A stretch of DNA of 63,359 nt, the filler included, from Licmophora abbreviata (taxonomy: Eukaryota): the NCBI GenBank assembly GCA_900291995.1. It is 12 parts of 12 records of this genome, joined end to end, with 100 filler letters (N's around TTAATTAATTAA, not from the genome) between each part and the next. Parts side by side here need not be neighbours in the genome. Positions count along the whole stretch, not along the records: positions 1 to 12,308 come from OLMU01000639.1; 11 more parts are not named here. One strand, 5' to 3'. A program made the translations under genes and the position numbers. A model generated the notes under the pieces. The model was not told the DNA's origin. It saw only the letters and a list, made by a program, of their open reading frames with translations, and did not search any database. Below, one piece after another: positions 1 through 11,586 of the stretch (position 1 is the first letter of the stretch; every line of letters starts with the position of its first letter).

Positions 1-259
1 GGGGACGGACGGACGGGAACTTTCCTGCGCGCCCCTTGAACCTCGATTGATTGATTCATTTTCATGAGTACGATGCGCCATGACGATGGCGCCATCGAGA
101 AATTGGCGACGTTGATCTTTCCAACACGAAAATACGCCATTTGAAGATCACCAGAAGTGCCATTGGCGGTCCATCACCGGGCAAGCTTGAATTCAGAGGA
201 CAGACAACGAGTGAGAAAAAGTCACATACCTGTGACCGAAGTCCGTATCTGTGAGCATC

Positions 260-2752
260 ATGGGCGACGCTCAGGAGCGAACTAGCAGTCCAACGATCGA
301 CGAAGCAACCTTTGATACCCTGGAGGAAATATTTAACCCGGACTCTCCTCTTTCGCCAACAGGAACACTGCCGCAAAGAGCATCGATCACGGGTTTCGCA
401 TCGCCTCACGTATATGCACCATCTAATGCCGTACACATGGAGATTCAGGAGAATTCCAAGCTTCCGACGTTCAATCTTTCTGTGGATCGATCCAATGGTT
501 GGCGACCAAGCGCTGGTCCCCACCGACGTTCCAGTGGACCATTCTCTCCGGCGACACGACATGATTTGGACGAAATGCTCCGTCTCTCGGAAAATGACGT
601 TAGCTTGACTGAAATGTTCCTCGGAAGTAGCGATCGGTCCAGTCGAAATCTCAATTACGGGTCGGTAGGAGCTCTATGGGAAAACGCCGCGGATAGTTTG
701 CAAGAACCATATGCCGTGAAAGAATCAAAGAGTGCGGTGGTGTCGGACATCAGCTCGTCGCCACACTCAAGTCCCACGATGGCAAAAGGTGCTTCCAATA
801 CATCGAACGGCCTTCTGACTCCACCATCGAGTCCCATCGTATTCAAGCCACTCGCGTCCCCCTCATTGCCCTTTCCACTGTCACCGACAATCATACCAAA
901 CTCTTGCTACCCATACGGTCGACTGAACCCGCTGCCGATCCCTAAGGCGGCTAGTCCAGATGACACCGCAAAGAAAGTGGCTTCACTTGCCACCCCGCTG
1001 CAGGATGCGTTGAAGACAGCAGCCGCAATCGCTTTGACTGATCATTCGAGCCCTTCAGGGGAAAGGAAGGAAGTTGCGAACACAAAACATTCTCCTTTGC
1101 CGCCGTCGGTAGCTAAGAAGACGGCAGCTCCGTCGATCTCTATTTTGCAGCCTATGCTGAGGGCAACAGCCGAAAATGAAAGTGGAAAGTTTTCCTCTCC
1201 ATCACATGCGACGGATCGGTCGAGAAAGCCTGTTACGGGACGCTCACAGAAGTCACCGACAGAGTCCATCCTAGAGGCAACCAAGCGACGATCGCAGTTT
1301 GGCTTTGGCGAGAACCACGTAGTGCCGTCGGTGCCACTGCCACCGCCTAGCAACGGCGTCCACACGAAGGGACCAGCCATCCCCTCTTTGGTTCATCACG
1401 CGTCCAACTCCGCTGCTGCATACGAGAGGAAGAAGCAAAGAGCCAAGGATGCGCGAATTAAACTGAACGAGTCGATTGATGACTTGGCAGTAGCCATAAA
1501 CCTTGCCGGTACGGAAACGAGCCAACGAGCAGCACAGATGCGGTCCTTGGCGGAGCCGGCCTCGTTTGCATCATCAAGACAGAATTTGCTGCAGGTGATG
1601 GATACCTGTGTCGAAGAAGCAGAAAACGCCAAGAAGTGGGATCGTCCAAGCTTTGTCGGATCGGCAGCGACATTGCTCCAATCTCTTAACGCTCAGTGTG
1701 AGGCGCTCACGCGAGAGCTGCTTTTGTGGAGGAAACAGGCAAACGGGTCTCAGCAATCAAGGGCGACACCGGCGAACAAGAACTCCTCGAACTCGGGCGG
1801 TAAACGCGATTGTACTTCCATCGTTTATCCAAGTGGATCCGACTCAGCCGTACCAGCAAAACGTCAACGCTTGGAATCGGAAGGGAATGTCAGCGAGCTG
1901 CACACCGGTATCTTCGAGGGAAAAGAGACGTTTGCCTCTCTGAGAACTCACAGAAGAGTTACGAAGCGCATCGCTTCACTCCTTGACCCACGCTCTCTGC
2001 TCCGGTGTCTCGAGGTATCAAGGCAATGGAGGGAGCTTGGGGTGTTTCAGAGCGACGAAATATGGTTAGAAGAGGCGATCAATCGATTTGGAGCGTTCAA
2101 TGTTCGACAATGGAAGGCCAAATTAGATGATCACGACCAGAAGCTGTCGTCGTGCCCGATCAAGCTCTACAATACTATGGATTCTGCGAATATACGTCCG
2201 TACAGTAGGCAAGAAGGATCGTTGCTTCTTGGAGAGGCGCGAATGCCGGGAAAAGTAAGCGCATGGGTATCCATGGTCGAGAGAAGTAACGGCGAAACGT
2301 TTCGCAGTGTCAAGAAGGAATCGAATGGAGGTTCGGGACAGTACAGCTCTCTACCTGTCATTGAGCTTCGTATTCTGATCCAGAACACAGGAATGACGGA
2401 CAACGAGATTGTTGTAAAGGATCAAGTTATATGTGTGGACGCCTCTACTCGCCGCCGGGGGGAAGAAATGAAAGAAATTGAGTGGGATGATCGCCTGCAA
2501 AAGTCGGTTCTCAATCTGGATGGTTCGCTCCGACAGCGCGTTCGGGTCCCAGAAAGCCACGAGGTCGTCGGAGAGCTGTGTCGTTTGCGGCTGTTTGACG
2601 CTGTGGTATTGGTTGCTCACATCAACGCTCGAGGCTGCTCCACAACATCCAAGTTCCAGCACAAAGCCAACTTTACGAAGGTCCTTGTCACCATTAACGG
2701 CACCACTGTGCCTCTTGTGATTCCTTTCTTCCGGGACACAACCATTACATAG
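260..2752 (+). CDS. bHLH-like + F-box domain protein
   Basis: Single long ORF (first ATG at 260). Ser/Pro-rich N-terminus, helix 1 'RKKQRAKDARIKLNESIDDL', helix 2 'KWDRPSFVGSAATLLQSLNAQCEAL', F-box-like 'RIASLLDPRSLLRCLEVSRQWRELGVFQSDEIW'. Confidence 0.75.
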   Translation: MGDAQERTSSPTIDEATFDTLEEIFNPDSPLSPTGTLPQRASITGFASPHVYAPSNAVHMEIQENSKLPTFNLSVDRSNGWRPSAGPHRRSSGPFSPATRHDLDEMLRLSENDVSLTEMFLGSSDRSSRNLNYGSVGALWENAADSLQEPYAVKESKSAVVSDISSSPHSSPTMAKGASNTSNGLLTPPSSPIVFKPLASPSLPFPLSPTIIPNSCYPYGRLNPLPIPKAASPDDTAKKVASLATPLQDALKTAAAIALTDHSSPSGERKEVANTKHSPLPPSVAKKTAAPSISILQPMLRATAENESGKFSSPSHATDRSRKPVTGRSQKSPTESILEATKRRSQFGFGENHVVPSVPLPPPSNGVHTKGPAIPSLVHHASNSAAAYERKKQRAKDARIKLNESIDDLAVAINLAGTETSQRAAQMRSLAEPASFASSRQNLLQVMDTCVEEAENAKKWDRPSFVGSAATLLQSLNAQCEALTRELLLWRKQANGSQQSRATPANKNSSNSGGKRDCTSIVYPSGSDSAVPAKRQRLESEGNVSELHTGIFEGKETFASLRTHRRVTKRIASLLDPRSLLRCLEVSRQWRELGVFQSDEIWLEEAINRFGAFNVRQWKAKLDDHDQKLSSCPIKLYNTMDSANIRPYSRQEGSLLLGEARMPGKVSAWVSMVERSNGETFRSVKKESNGGSGQYSSLPVIELRILIQNTGMTDNEIVVKDQVICVDASTRRRGEEMKEIEWDDRLQKSVLNLDGSLRQRVRVPESHEVVGELCRLRLFDAVVLVAHINARGCSTTSKFQHKANFTKVLVTINGTTVPLVIPFFRDTTIT

Positions 2753-2872
2753 AGAAGCGGCACCGGATAGAAGGAGACGAGACGATATAATAGGAGTGTA
2801 CCAAGTCGATCATCCTACTAGCATTACACAAAAATCTTACAGAGATCTGGGCGTGTCTCGATTCTGCGCATG

Positions 2873-3496
2873 TTAGCTGATATTCTTCCATTTGCGCCAA
2901 GGAGCAACGACCTTTTTTAAAACCCTGAAACCCTTTCGAGCTGGCCCTCGTTCCACCACCACCTCCTCCTCCTCCTTAGTTGTGTCAATATCCCCTGTTT
3001 CGACCGCCTTTTCTTCCTTCTCTTTGTCAGCCTCTTCAGCCATTTTCAGTAATTCCTCCGCTCGTCGAAGTTCCGCCTCTCTGATACGAGCTTCTTTCTC
3101 CATCTCTCCCTCGATCGTACTCGATACTTCCTTCCTTATCTTGGAAATGTCTCCCGTAAGCTTTGTGCTGACGGGTGTCAACTCCACTACTTCCTCATCC
3201 TTCGTCACGGAGACTTCCTCCATGGCTACTTCCTCGACCGCAGCCTTGGAACTGTTCACGGATGACTGGATCTGTTTTGACATTATCTCGTTATCCCCTG
3301 AGAAAGCAAAGGTTCCTGCTACTCCAAGCAAAAACAGGGTGACTGGAACAAGTTCCTGTGCGTCGGCCATATCTCTCGGTACCAAGCTGGCCCGAGCTGC
3401 AGGACGAACATACATTGCCGTCGGATGCTGCGGACAGAATGCCGAAACGAGTACGCACGCCGTCGTCGATAGGAGCGCTAGCAAAATTATTTTCAT
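2873..3496 (-). CDS. Putative plastid-targeted single-TM hypothetical protein
   Basis: Signal peptide ending VSA-FCP (diatom ASAF-type cleavage motif), one hydrophobic segment 'LVPVTLFLLGVAGTFAF', acidic coiled-coil, basic C-terminus. Confidence 0.7.
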   Translation of the reverse strand: MKIILLALLSTTACVLVSAFCPQHPTAMYVRPAARASLVPRDMADAQELVPVTLFLLGVAGTFAFSGDNEIMSKQIQSSVNSSKAAVEEVAMEEVSVTKDEEVVELTPVSTKLTGDISKIRKEVSSTIEGEMEKEARIREAELRRAEELLKMAEEADKEKEEKAVETGDIDTTKEEEEVVVERGPARKGFRVLKKVVAPWRKWKNIS

Positions 3497-3681
3497 TCTG
3501 TCTCAGCTGCTTCAACGGTCGAAGTGTATTCTGATTCTACAGCTATAGCGTGTTGCTTGGAAAGGCAAGTTGCTCACATGAACCGCGCCTTGACTTTGCC
3601 ATTTATTTTGTGAGCTCAAAGCACCCACATCAAGTTGAAACGAGAAACTGAGAGGCCAAAGTTGAAGTGCCAAAGATACCG

Positions 3682-3689
3682 TGACGTCA
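3682..3689. promoter_or_regulatory. TGACGTCA (CRE/bZIP-type) palindrome
   Basis: Exact TGACGTCA about 190 nt upstream of the ATG at 3496. Function is inferred only. Confidence 0.25.
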
Positions 3690-3799
3690 TCACTACAACA
3701 GAAGTCTCAATTTCAAAATGGATGCGAGCGAGGGCGAAAAATAAAAGAATGACGCGCGGGCATTGACCATAACGTGCCGACATTGCTACACATCAGTTA

Positions 3800-4971
3800 G
3801 ACCGGTGTGCTCATCGAACCATCTCATGCATCATAGTATCATACAGGTACATCGATCTCAATCGAACGAAGCAACATCGAGAAGATCATGACCTCCGCGT
3901 GGGACAGAATTGGCACAGATTTTCGTGCATACCTCGAGGCTGCTGGGGTCCGTGCTCTTGAATTTAACGGCCTTTCAGTCATGAACGACGACATATTCTT
4001 TGTAACTTCCTCAGTTTTGACAAATTCAGGCGTCAGCAGCAGCAGGATCAGTCGACGCCCCGCAGCGCGAAGAGGAAACGTAGTGAGGAGGAGGCAACAC
4101 CAGGCTCCACGGCTCAAGCAGCCTTGTTGAGTTTGGTCGAGACCATTCAGAATACCGAATTTTCGATCAAATGGTGCCGCGGCGGCGGCGATACCAGTAG
4201 TACGACTTTGCAAGAAAGAATTTCCAAATCGCCCAGGAGTCAAAAGACTATTCCTGAAAACTGCTCCAGTTTATTGACCGAGAGAATGGGTATTTCATTG
4301 GCGGACATTTCCACTGATGGGCTGAAAGACTTAGATTTTTCCAAACTCCGCACGGAAAGCGAATCCCTATTCCAAAAAGGCCACCTGCAAGACAACTTTC
4401 AATGTGGAAAATGCCAAAGCCTTGGCTTTATCCGTCAAGACTGTGGATGGCCCCTTCTTGGTGGGATACTTCTCTTGACATTATGCGAAGTATAACGTCA
4501 GCGAGGCAACTTTACAAGAAGAAAGATACGTTGCCCAGGCAAGTGTCCGCCAACCTTTTGAAGTCCCTTCAACAGGCCCATTCGACTGGAATCTTGCACT
4601 GCGATTTGCGAAGGAGTAACTTTGTCAAATTCAACGATTCATGGCAAGTGATTGATTATAGTTTGTCAACTGAAGTCGACTCCAACGTTGCATACGACAT
4701 GGGAGGTGGAGCACAAGCTGATTGCGCTGGTTATCGCATCAAGGATTTGTACCGATTGAGAGATCCGATTCAATGAACGAAAGTTGACGACTTCCAGATG
4801 CTCATTGCCAACACCGTGTCATTAGTGGATGACGCGAAACTTACATGACATGCCCAGATCCTGGAAGACGACAGTAGTGAGAATCTCAACGCAGGAGGTA
4901 GCCTGGAAGAAGACAAAGCTCCACAGTCGAAAACATATGGACCACAGAGTGGACGACGACAGAAGAGGTAG
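3800..4971 (+). pseudogene. Degraded protein kinase-like gene
   Basis: Fragments in three frames (3888, 4124, 4402). Catalytic loop 'QAHSTGILHCDLRRSNFV' and 'QVIDYSLS'. In-frame stops at 4774-4776 and 4846-4848 with plausible coding sequence continuing after them. Confidence 0.65.
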
Positions 4972-5339
4972 CAGTGACCTTGATATTCAATAAAGACGAC
5001 CAAAAAGGTTGTCGACTAGAAACCCTCGAAAAGTCATATTAGTAGGAGAGAGCAGGCGCCAAAATCACGCATTACAGTACTGTAGTCACAATTGGGATCG
5101 TCAAGATAAGAGCTAGATTGGGAACTACAATACCGCCGGGTAGGCCACAATTATACTGACAAACTATGGCAAAGCCATGTGTGTTACCGGCCACATCCAA
5201 GGGGCTCACAGAACGCCGCCGTTCGACAAAGGAAGTATCCTGACTACAAGTAAGCTTTTCTTAAGAGTAAGATGCCGAAACCATATTCCAAAAGAGAACG
5301 AATCGTTACTTTGGCATGAGCGACAGACTGGCAATGGCG

Positions 5340-6679
5340 CTACTGGCGCATGACGTCCCGAATTCGATCTGTCAAATCAAGCTTGTCACCTTCCTTCGTG
5401 ATATTGACTCCCAATCGCTTCAACAGACGCAGAGCTTCGGCCGGTCGACTACAGTTGAGTGCTTTTTCAATCACCTTGGGCTTGAACTGTTGGACCTCCT
5501 GTCCCATACCCACCCACAACACGTTGACGGACGCCCAGTAGTCGCGCGGAAGCCATGCCTCTAGTTGCACCCGTGTTTGCTCAGGATTCTTGCTTTTGAC
5601 CCAGCGCAGTTCGTTGAACATGCGATGCATGTGCGTGTCGACTCCAATCCCTGTTGTAGCATTCCATGCGACATTTTCCACAATATATGCCATCTTTGGT
5701 CCCACCTGGAGTTACGCAGCGAAGGAGACACATGGACGTGAGGATATCAGGTACATCATTGGGAAATCGGAGCCACATAGTCTAGAGTCGAAGCCGATCG
5801 ACCGGTACGCACCCCTGGAAGCTTCATAATCTCAACCGCATTCGGTGGAATATCTCCGTCGTACTCGTTTCGAATAATCTCGACGGCCTGTTTGATATAC
5901 TTTGTCTTGTTGTTGTGAAAGCCGACTCGCTTGATCAAGAAATTCAGCTCGTCGTGGGGCGTTTCCAGAATGGATTCCAAATCCAAGCCATGGGCTTGCA
6001 AGTTGCGCATCGCTTCCCCCACTACAGCGTCCTTTGTCTGACTGCTCAGCATGAGTGCAACGAGAACCTGAAATCGAAAAACTACTTCCCCACGATGCTT
6101 TTCCGGAAGCGCCTCGCTGCCAGAATGATCTACGGGTGCCGTCCGATCCTGGCGTAGCTCTTCAACCAAAGAGTAAATCTTCTCAAAATCAGCTGGAGGA
6201 GACGTCGCTTCTGGAGACGGTGGGCTTCCTTTTTTGCTGATGGCTTTCTTCTTTCGCGAATACTGTGGCGTCGAGGCTGGCTTGGCGTCCGTTAGGTCTG
6301 GCGTCGCCAACGTCGTACTTCTGGCGGTACTTTGTTCAGTTTTGACTCTCTTGGCTGCAGGGGTAGAGCTTTCGGCACCACTGGAATCCTGCGAATAAGT
6401 CACAGTGAGCGTTCTTCGAGAAGATGTACGTACTACCGGTATGGGAGTTGTTGCCGGCGAGGACACCTCCAATCCTCGGCGGGTACGGACAGGCATGATA
6501 TTGACTTCGTGCCGATGACGATGACGACGATGATGGAAGAAGTGATGCGCGTAGTAGCTTCGTGAGATGGGACAAACAAAACTAGATGCCAAGGGCCACG
6601 GACGAGACAACGTCGCAATCGCAAGGAATCGAGCTGCTCCGGATGCCAACAAAAGAGCCGCCGACGAACGTGGCGCCAT
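5340..6679 (-). CDS. NTH1: Endonuclease III-like DNA glycosylase/AP lyase (exons 6679-5813, 5705-5340)
   Basis: 'RFQVLVALMLSSQTKD', 'VGFHNNKTKYIK'. Splicing intron 5706-5812 restores the HhH motif 'LPGVGPKMA', followed by 'IGVDTHMHR'. Confidence 0.92.
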
Positions 6680-6957
6680 GGCGAGGACTGCCGCATAAGC
6701 TGCGAGAAGCTCGGAAGAAAAAACGCGCGCCCAGACTTTTCGGAGCGCAGACTTCGCGGTGGGTTTACGTCGGCGGCGGGGGACTAGACTATTTGACCAG
6801 CCTACGGTACCAAGACATATCTATTTGTTGTTCTAGAGTAGCGTTGCTCATCCGCAGGCCGTGGACAGCAACCAACTTAGGGCTAGCATCGACATATCCG
6901 TAGTGATCACAGTCACTCCCCAGCCCATGAGAAGGAGGACGGCGAGGAAGCCATCTC

Positions 6958-9900
6958 TTAAATCTGCAACAACTGGCTTGACGAAGGCGTTCGCTTCGCA
7001 ATCATGTCGTTCACACGATCCAAGTCCTGTGTACAGAGCAAGCACAAAGCAAAAAGACGAGTGATGAGACTCTTGTCAAACCAACACAAAGCGATTCGAC
7101 TTATGGAGCTGTCCGCACCTGAATTGAAGCTTCGCCAAAGCGGTAAAATGCACGGTATAGCGGAGCTGTTCCATTGGGTTTCGTAACAGCACGGGTCGCA
7201 GCAGAGCTCTCTGGATGACATAAATGTAACGTTACGTTGCCTTCCTTTATTTCCATGTCATCCGGAAACTGACGGACAATTACCCCGGCGCGCTCCGCGA
7301 TAGATACGCCACGCGTTGTAGACGGAGTGTCGCTCTTGTCTTGCGCGGCATTCGCTTGGCCTGCTAGCATTCTATGGAACTCGTTAGTAGCCTCGCGCAA
7401 TGATTTACTTTCCAGTAAGTGTTTCCTCATGGCAGGCACAAAGACATGATTGTACAAGACAATCACGTTTCCATACTTTGGCACCGTCTGGTCTTCAGCA
7501 ACAAGACTGTCTTGAGATTGAGACACTAGTCGAGCGACGCGAGCAATCATGTGGCAGCTACGCTCCCCGAGGTCGTGTCCACGAACTTCGGTGTAGACCT
7601 CAACAATCTGTGAGAACGAGAGCTCCGGTTCGTACCTCATCATCTTGCAGACGCCGTACAGGCAGCAGAGCAGAAGCTGGTCGACATGACGGTTGAAAAG
7701 AATCTCAATATTATTGCGCAGGAGGTATCGGAAGGCGAACCACGCCTGCGTACAGACGGGGTGTTGAGATGGGATTTTGAGAGCTTTACACAGCGACGCG
7801 ATTCGAAAGAAGGACATTCGGAGTAGCTTACGAAGCAGGTACGCGAAGAAATGTTCGTCTGGAGACTGCCTTCGAATATCTTGGATTGGCATTTCCGTCT
7901 CGCCATCACGTTCTTCCGGAAGTGGGCAGAGTACCGACGGTGGCCAGCTCATCGGGTGACTACTTTCCCCATACGTGTGAATAGGATTCTTGAGCCCATC
8001 GATGACGCGTCGGACAGAAGACGAAGACCTAGCGGCTTCGTCAGACCAAATCGTGGAATCTATCAATGATACTTCGCATTCGCTGAGCCGCTTCTGGAGC
8101 AATCGCGGAAAACCATGAAGAACCAGCGATGGCCCCCGTGTGTCCCCCTTGAGTGCACGGCAAAATGCCTCACTCACTTTCAAGAACGTATAAGGAGAAA
8201 TGTTGAGGACTTGAAGGATGACCAGAAAGTCGAGTCGCTTCGATTTGTCGCTCAGCACGAGCGAGCTGTTGCATTGGACGGCCTTGAGCATGGACACGTA
8301 GCAACAAGATACAAGAGCTAAATGAAACGATTCGTTTAGAACCAGAGAAGGATGAGATGCCGACTTGAGCCGAGATGTTTCTTGAAACAGCACGGATTCC
8401 AGAGCGTGGTAGAAAACAACCATGACTGCCCGGAGAAACAGCGATTCGCTCTCGGCAGATTGATTGGAGAAAGTTACTTTGCCCGTCTCAGAGTCAATTT
8501 CAACTTTGGGGATTTGCTGCGTGAGACCCGAACTTTCATTGATAGGCGTGCCTGTCACATGACAAGCAAGCCTCTGTAGAGCTAGTCTCAAAGTAGGTAC
8601 TAGAACCGACTTCCAGGTCTTTGGCTCTATATTTCTTCCGCTGTTCCCAGGTCTCCTGCGCTTTTTCGAGCCACCGCTCGCGTTTAAGTAGAGCAGAAGT
8701 CTGGTGCTCGGTTTGCACAGTGTTATAGAAAGGACAGTAACCGTCCATTCGTTGAGTTCCATTGCATCAGTTAAATCACGCCCGGGTACTTTGCTAACAG
8801 ATAGGAGAGCGGATGCAGCCTCGTTCGAGGCACTGTTGTGAACCACAAACCCAGACACTGGAGAGCCAGCCGATTGATCCTTGCGACAGAGGTCGGCCAT
8901 ATTCGGGGGCTGAAAGTCCGTCAGATACGCCCGATCAACAAATGGAAAGGTATCCAGCTTCTCGAGTTCAGGCATCACTGTACGATCTGTTGCTTGCGTG
9001 AGCACTGTAGCCAGTTTGCGAGTGATACTCTCGGCGTCTGTGAAGTCTACTGCACCGTCCATGGTCGCAAGGATTGCCTTCACGGACGATAACACAGAGC
9101 CATGTCTCGTTTTCTTCATGTCCGTGTTCTTGTTAGGCAAGAACATCGATACGAGCCGCTTGGCAAGCGATTCAATCTCCTTTTCCACCTGTTCGCGCCA
9201 GAGACGTGTTTCTTGCAATTGTTGATTCTCCGGCTGCGTCGAATCTTCGAGCAAGGATTGAAGCCTATACGAGGTCTGTGTCACGAGGAGAGTTGCGTGT
9301 TCCGTAAGAGTGCCATAGTCGACCAGAGCGTTCCCTTCGATGGTCTGGGTATCGTTTCTACCAGAAATCATTCGAAGTGCGTCAATGGCGTCTGCCTCTT
9401 CCGGAGGTCGCATCGGAGGGCCAACCGGTCCTTCCGTTGATTCGCCTGTCAAACTTGTGCTGTCCGGTAAGCAGTCTTCCTTTTCTAGCATACGGCGTCT
9501 ATTGTAAAAGTACTCAGAAAGAAAGGAGAGAAGTGCCAGACACGCACTGTCTGTCACGATGCGTTTTCGACGATGCAGCAAAGTCGACGCTTCGTCCTTG
9601 TCATCACTGGGGGTCGAGAGACACGACATGCGCCACGCACATTCCATCAAGAGTCGACGATCTCGTTGCATGCCAGCCGATTCTTGTTGGAGTCTTTTTT
9701 GTTGGCTTGCATCCGTAGAAATGCCCGTGAGCGATCGGCAGTAAGTTTCATCGGCCGTGCAAGAAAACCATAGGTACTCAAAGTCATAGTGTGCCTCCAT
9801 GGCGACAATGGATGCCTTTTGTATGTGCTTTAGTGCCTTCAACAAGAACACTTTAAAGTCGAGAGCGTGCCCAACAATCGTGGAGAAGAGCTCGTCGTGA

Positions 9901-10541
9901 TCAATAAACTCATTGCATAGGGACACACAGAGGTCGGATTCGCCAGTGTCGCGCTCCGTGGAAGTTGACACCAACGCCAAACACCGGGAGGCAATTTCCG
10001 CAACTGTAGGCGTCTTCACTTGTTCGGGCAAGATGCCTAGTCGAGTCGTATCTTCGCGCTTGACTCTTGCCAGTAGAATAGCCAGATCCGAAGCAATGTG
10101 TACCATGTACTGTTCTTTGGACTTGGTGATGGTAAGGTTTCGTCGCCTTTTCGCTGTGGCGGTGCTGGAACCTCTTGGGGGGAGCTTCTGTTCAGAACCG
10201 CCTTGGCTCATCTCCCTCGCATTCACCGTAGCTCCAGGAGAATCTTTGATGTCAGAAGAAGTCGTAACGGGCGAGGTCTTGTCCGATGATGCTCCCGCAT
10301 CTTGATTTCCATGTCGATTTTCTACGCTCGTTGAACTGGTACTGTCGGCTGCGTAAGCTAAAAACAAGCGTGCCACAAGCAGAGACGGCACAATTAAGGC
10401 TCCATACTTGCGCAACGCATTCTTGGTTGCCTCAAACACACGTCTCTCATCGTCAAGTATGAGCTTCATGTCTTCCAGACCCTTTGTTATAGAGACTTCC
10501 TCTGGCGGGTCGGCCATAACGCCGTCGTTCTTGCCGCTCAT
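6958..10541 (-). CDS. RBR: Retinoblastoma-related protein (exons 10541-7119, 7026-6958)
   Basis: Pocket A 'FHLALVSCCY', pocket B 'RHVDQLLLCCLYGVCKM' and 'GNVIVLYNHVFVPAMR'. GT-AG intron 7027-7118 gives the RB C-terminal-like 'YRFGEASIQDLDRVNDMI'. Confidence 0.9.
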
Positions 10542-10570
10542 GGTTCAGCGGTTGGCAATTTGGAATTTGG

Positions 10571-10660
10571 GCGCGAAACAAAGAAGTGCAAGGTTCCCGT
10601 AGAAATTCAGTATAGTTTCTACACAGGTTTAGAGAGGATCCAAATGAAGAGCTTTCCCGC
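10571..10660. promoter_or_regulatory. Two canonical E2F consensus sites upstream of RBR
   Basis: GCGCGAAA (reverse complement TTTCGCGC) at 10571-10578 and TTTCCCGC at 10653-10660, 30 and about 112 nt upstream of the RBR ATG. Confidence 0.5.
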
Positions 10661-10818
10661 GCTTTTCTGAAAGTTCCAGGTTCCTTCGTCAACCTCCGCT
10701 GACATCAATCAAAAATTTGACACAGCAAGACGACGCCGTAAGCAACACGAAGTGACACCTCCCAGTGCATCCAAAGATATCCGTACACCTGGTTTTAGGA
10801 AGCTTGCTCTACCTTACC

Positions 10819-11586
10819 ATGAGCTCCACAAACCCCAAGAAACGCCGGGGGAAGAAAACGGAACCTCCAAAAAAAGAGTCAATGGCACAACAGCTGGACA
10901 AGGCCGAAGGACTCGTTCGCTTGTCGAAACAGCGAGCCGAGGAGCTGCACACGCAATGGCGGGCTCATATGTTTCGATTGTCTCTATTGGTCTTGCTAGT
11001 TTCATTTCAGCAGAGTCGGATTCCGATGGACCAATGTATGGCGACCCTAAAGGTAACATTTAGAAGCATCGATGACATTGACGTGTTGCATCGTCTTCTC
11101 TCACCGAGTTTGGTCTCGTACTCCTTTCGCACATAGTCCTTCAACCAGGACAAAAACGACGAGGATCCGGAACGAATAAGTGGAATGCAGGCTGCATGGC
11201 TGGTAGTTCAAGACTCTCTGTGTGAAATCTTGGGCATCCTGCTCGTGTCATCGATCGCTCGTTTTCTGTTGGAGGAAAATCCGACCTTTGCATCTCCTTT
11301 TTACTTGACCGCTACAGTCATGGTTCCACTGCAGCTGGGTTCTTACTTTAGTCGAAAATACCTGGGGTGTCTACCTGATCAGAACAATATAGATGCAGAC
11401 GACTTGGTCCAGCGCAACTTCCCGGTAACGCTCTTGTTCCACGCCATTGTGACGGCTGCCTGCTGGTTCATGGGTATGCAAATCAGAGCCAAAGATAGAG
11501 AAGTGCAGGAAGTATTGGATTTAAAAGAGAAACTTGAAGAGGCACAAGATACCAACAAGTCTCTCAGAGAAAAGAAAGCAAGCTAG
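10819..11586 (+). CDS. Hypothetical multi-TM membrane protein (exons 10819-11052, 11137-11586)
   Basis: GT-AG intron 11053-11136 joins two ORFs in frame. About 4 hydrophobic segments and a C-terminal coiled coil ending KKAS (possible KKxx ER signal). Confidence 0.7.
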
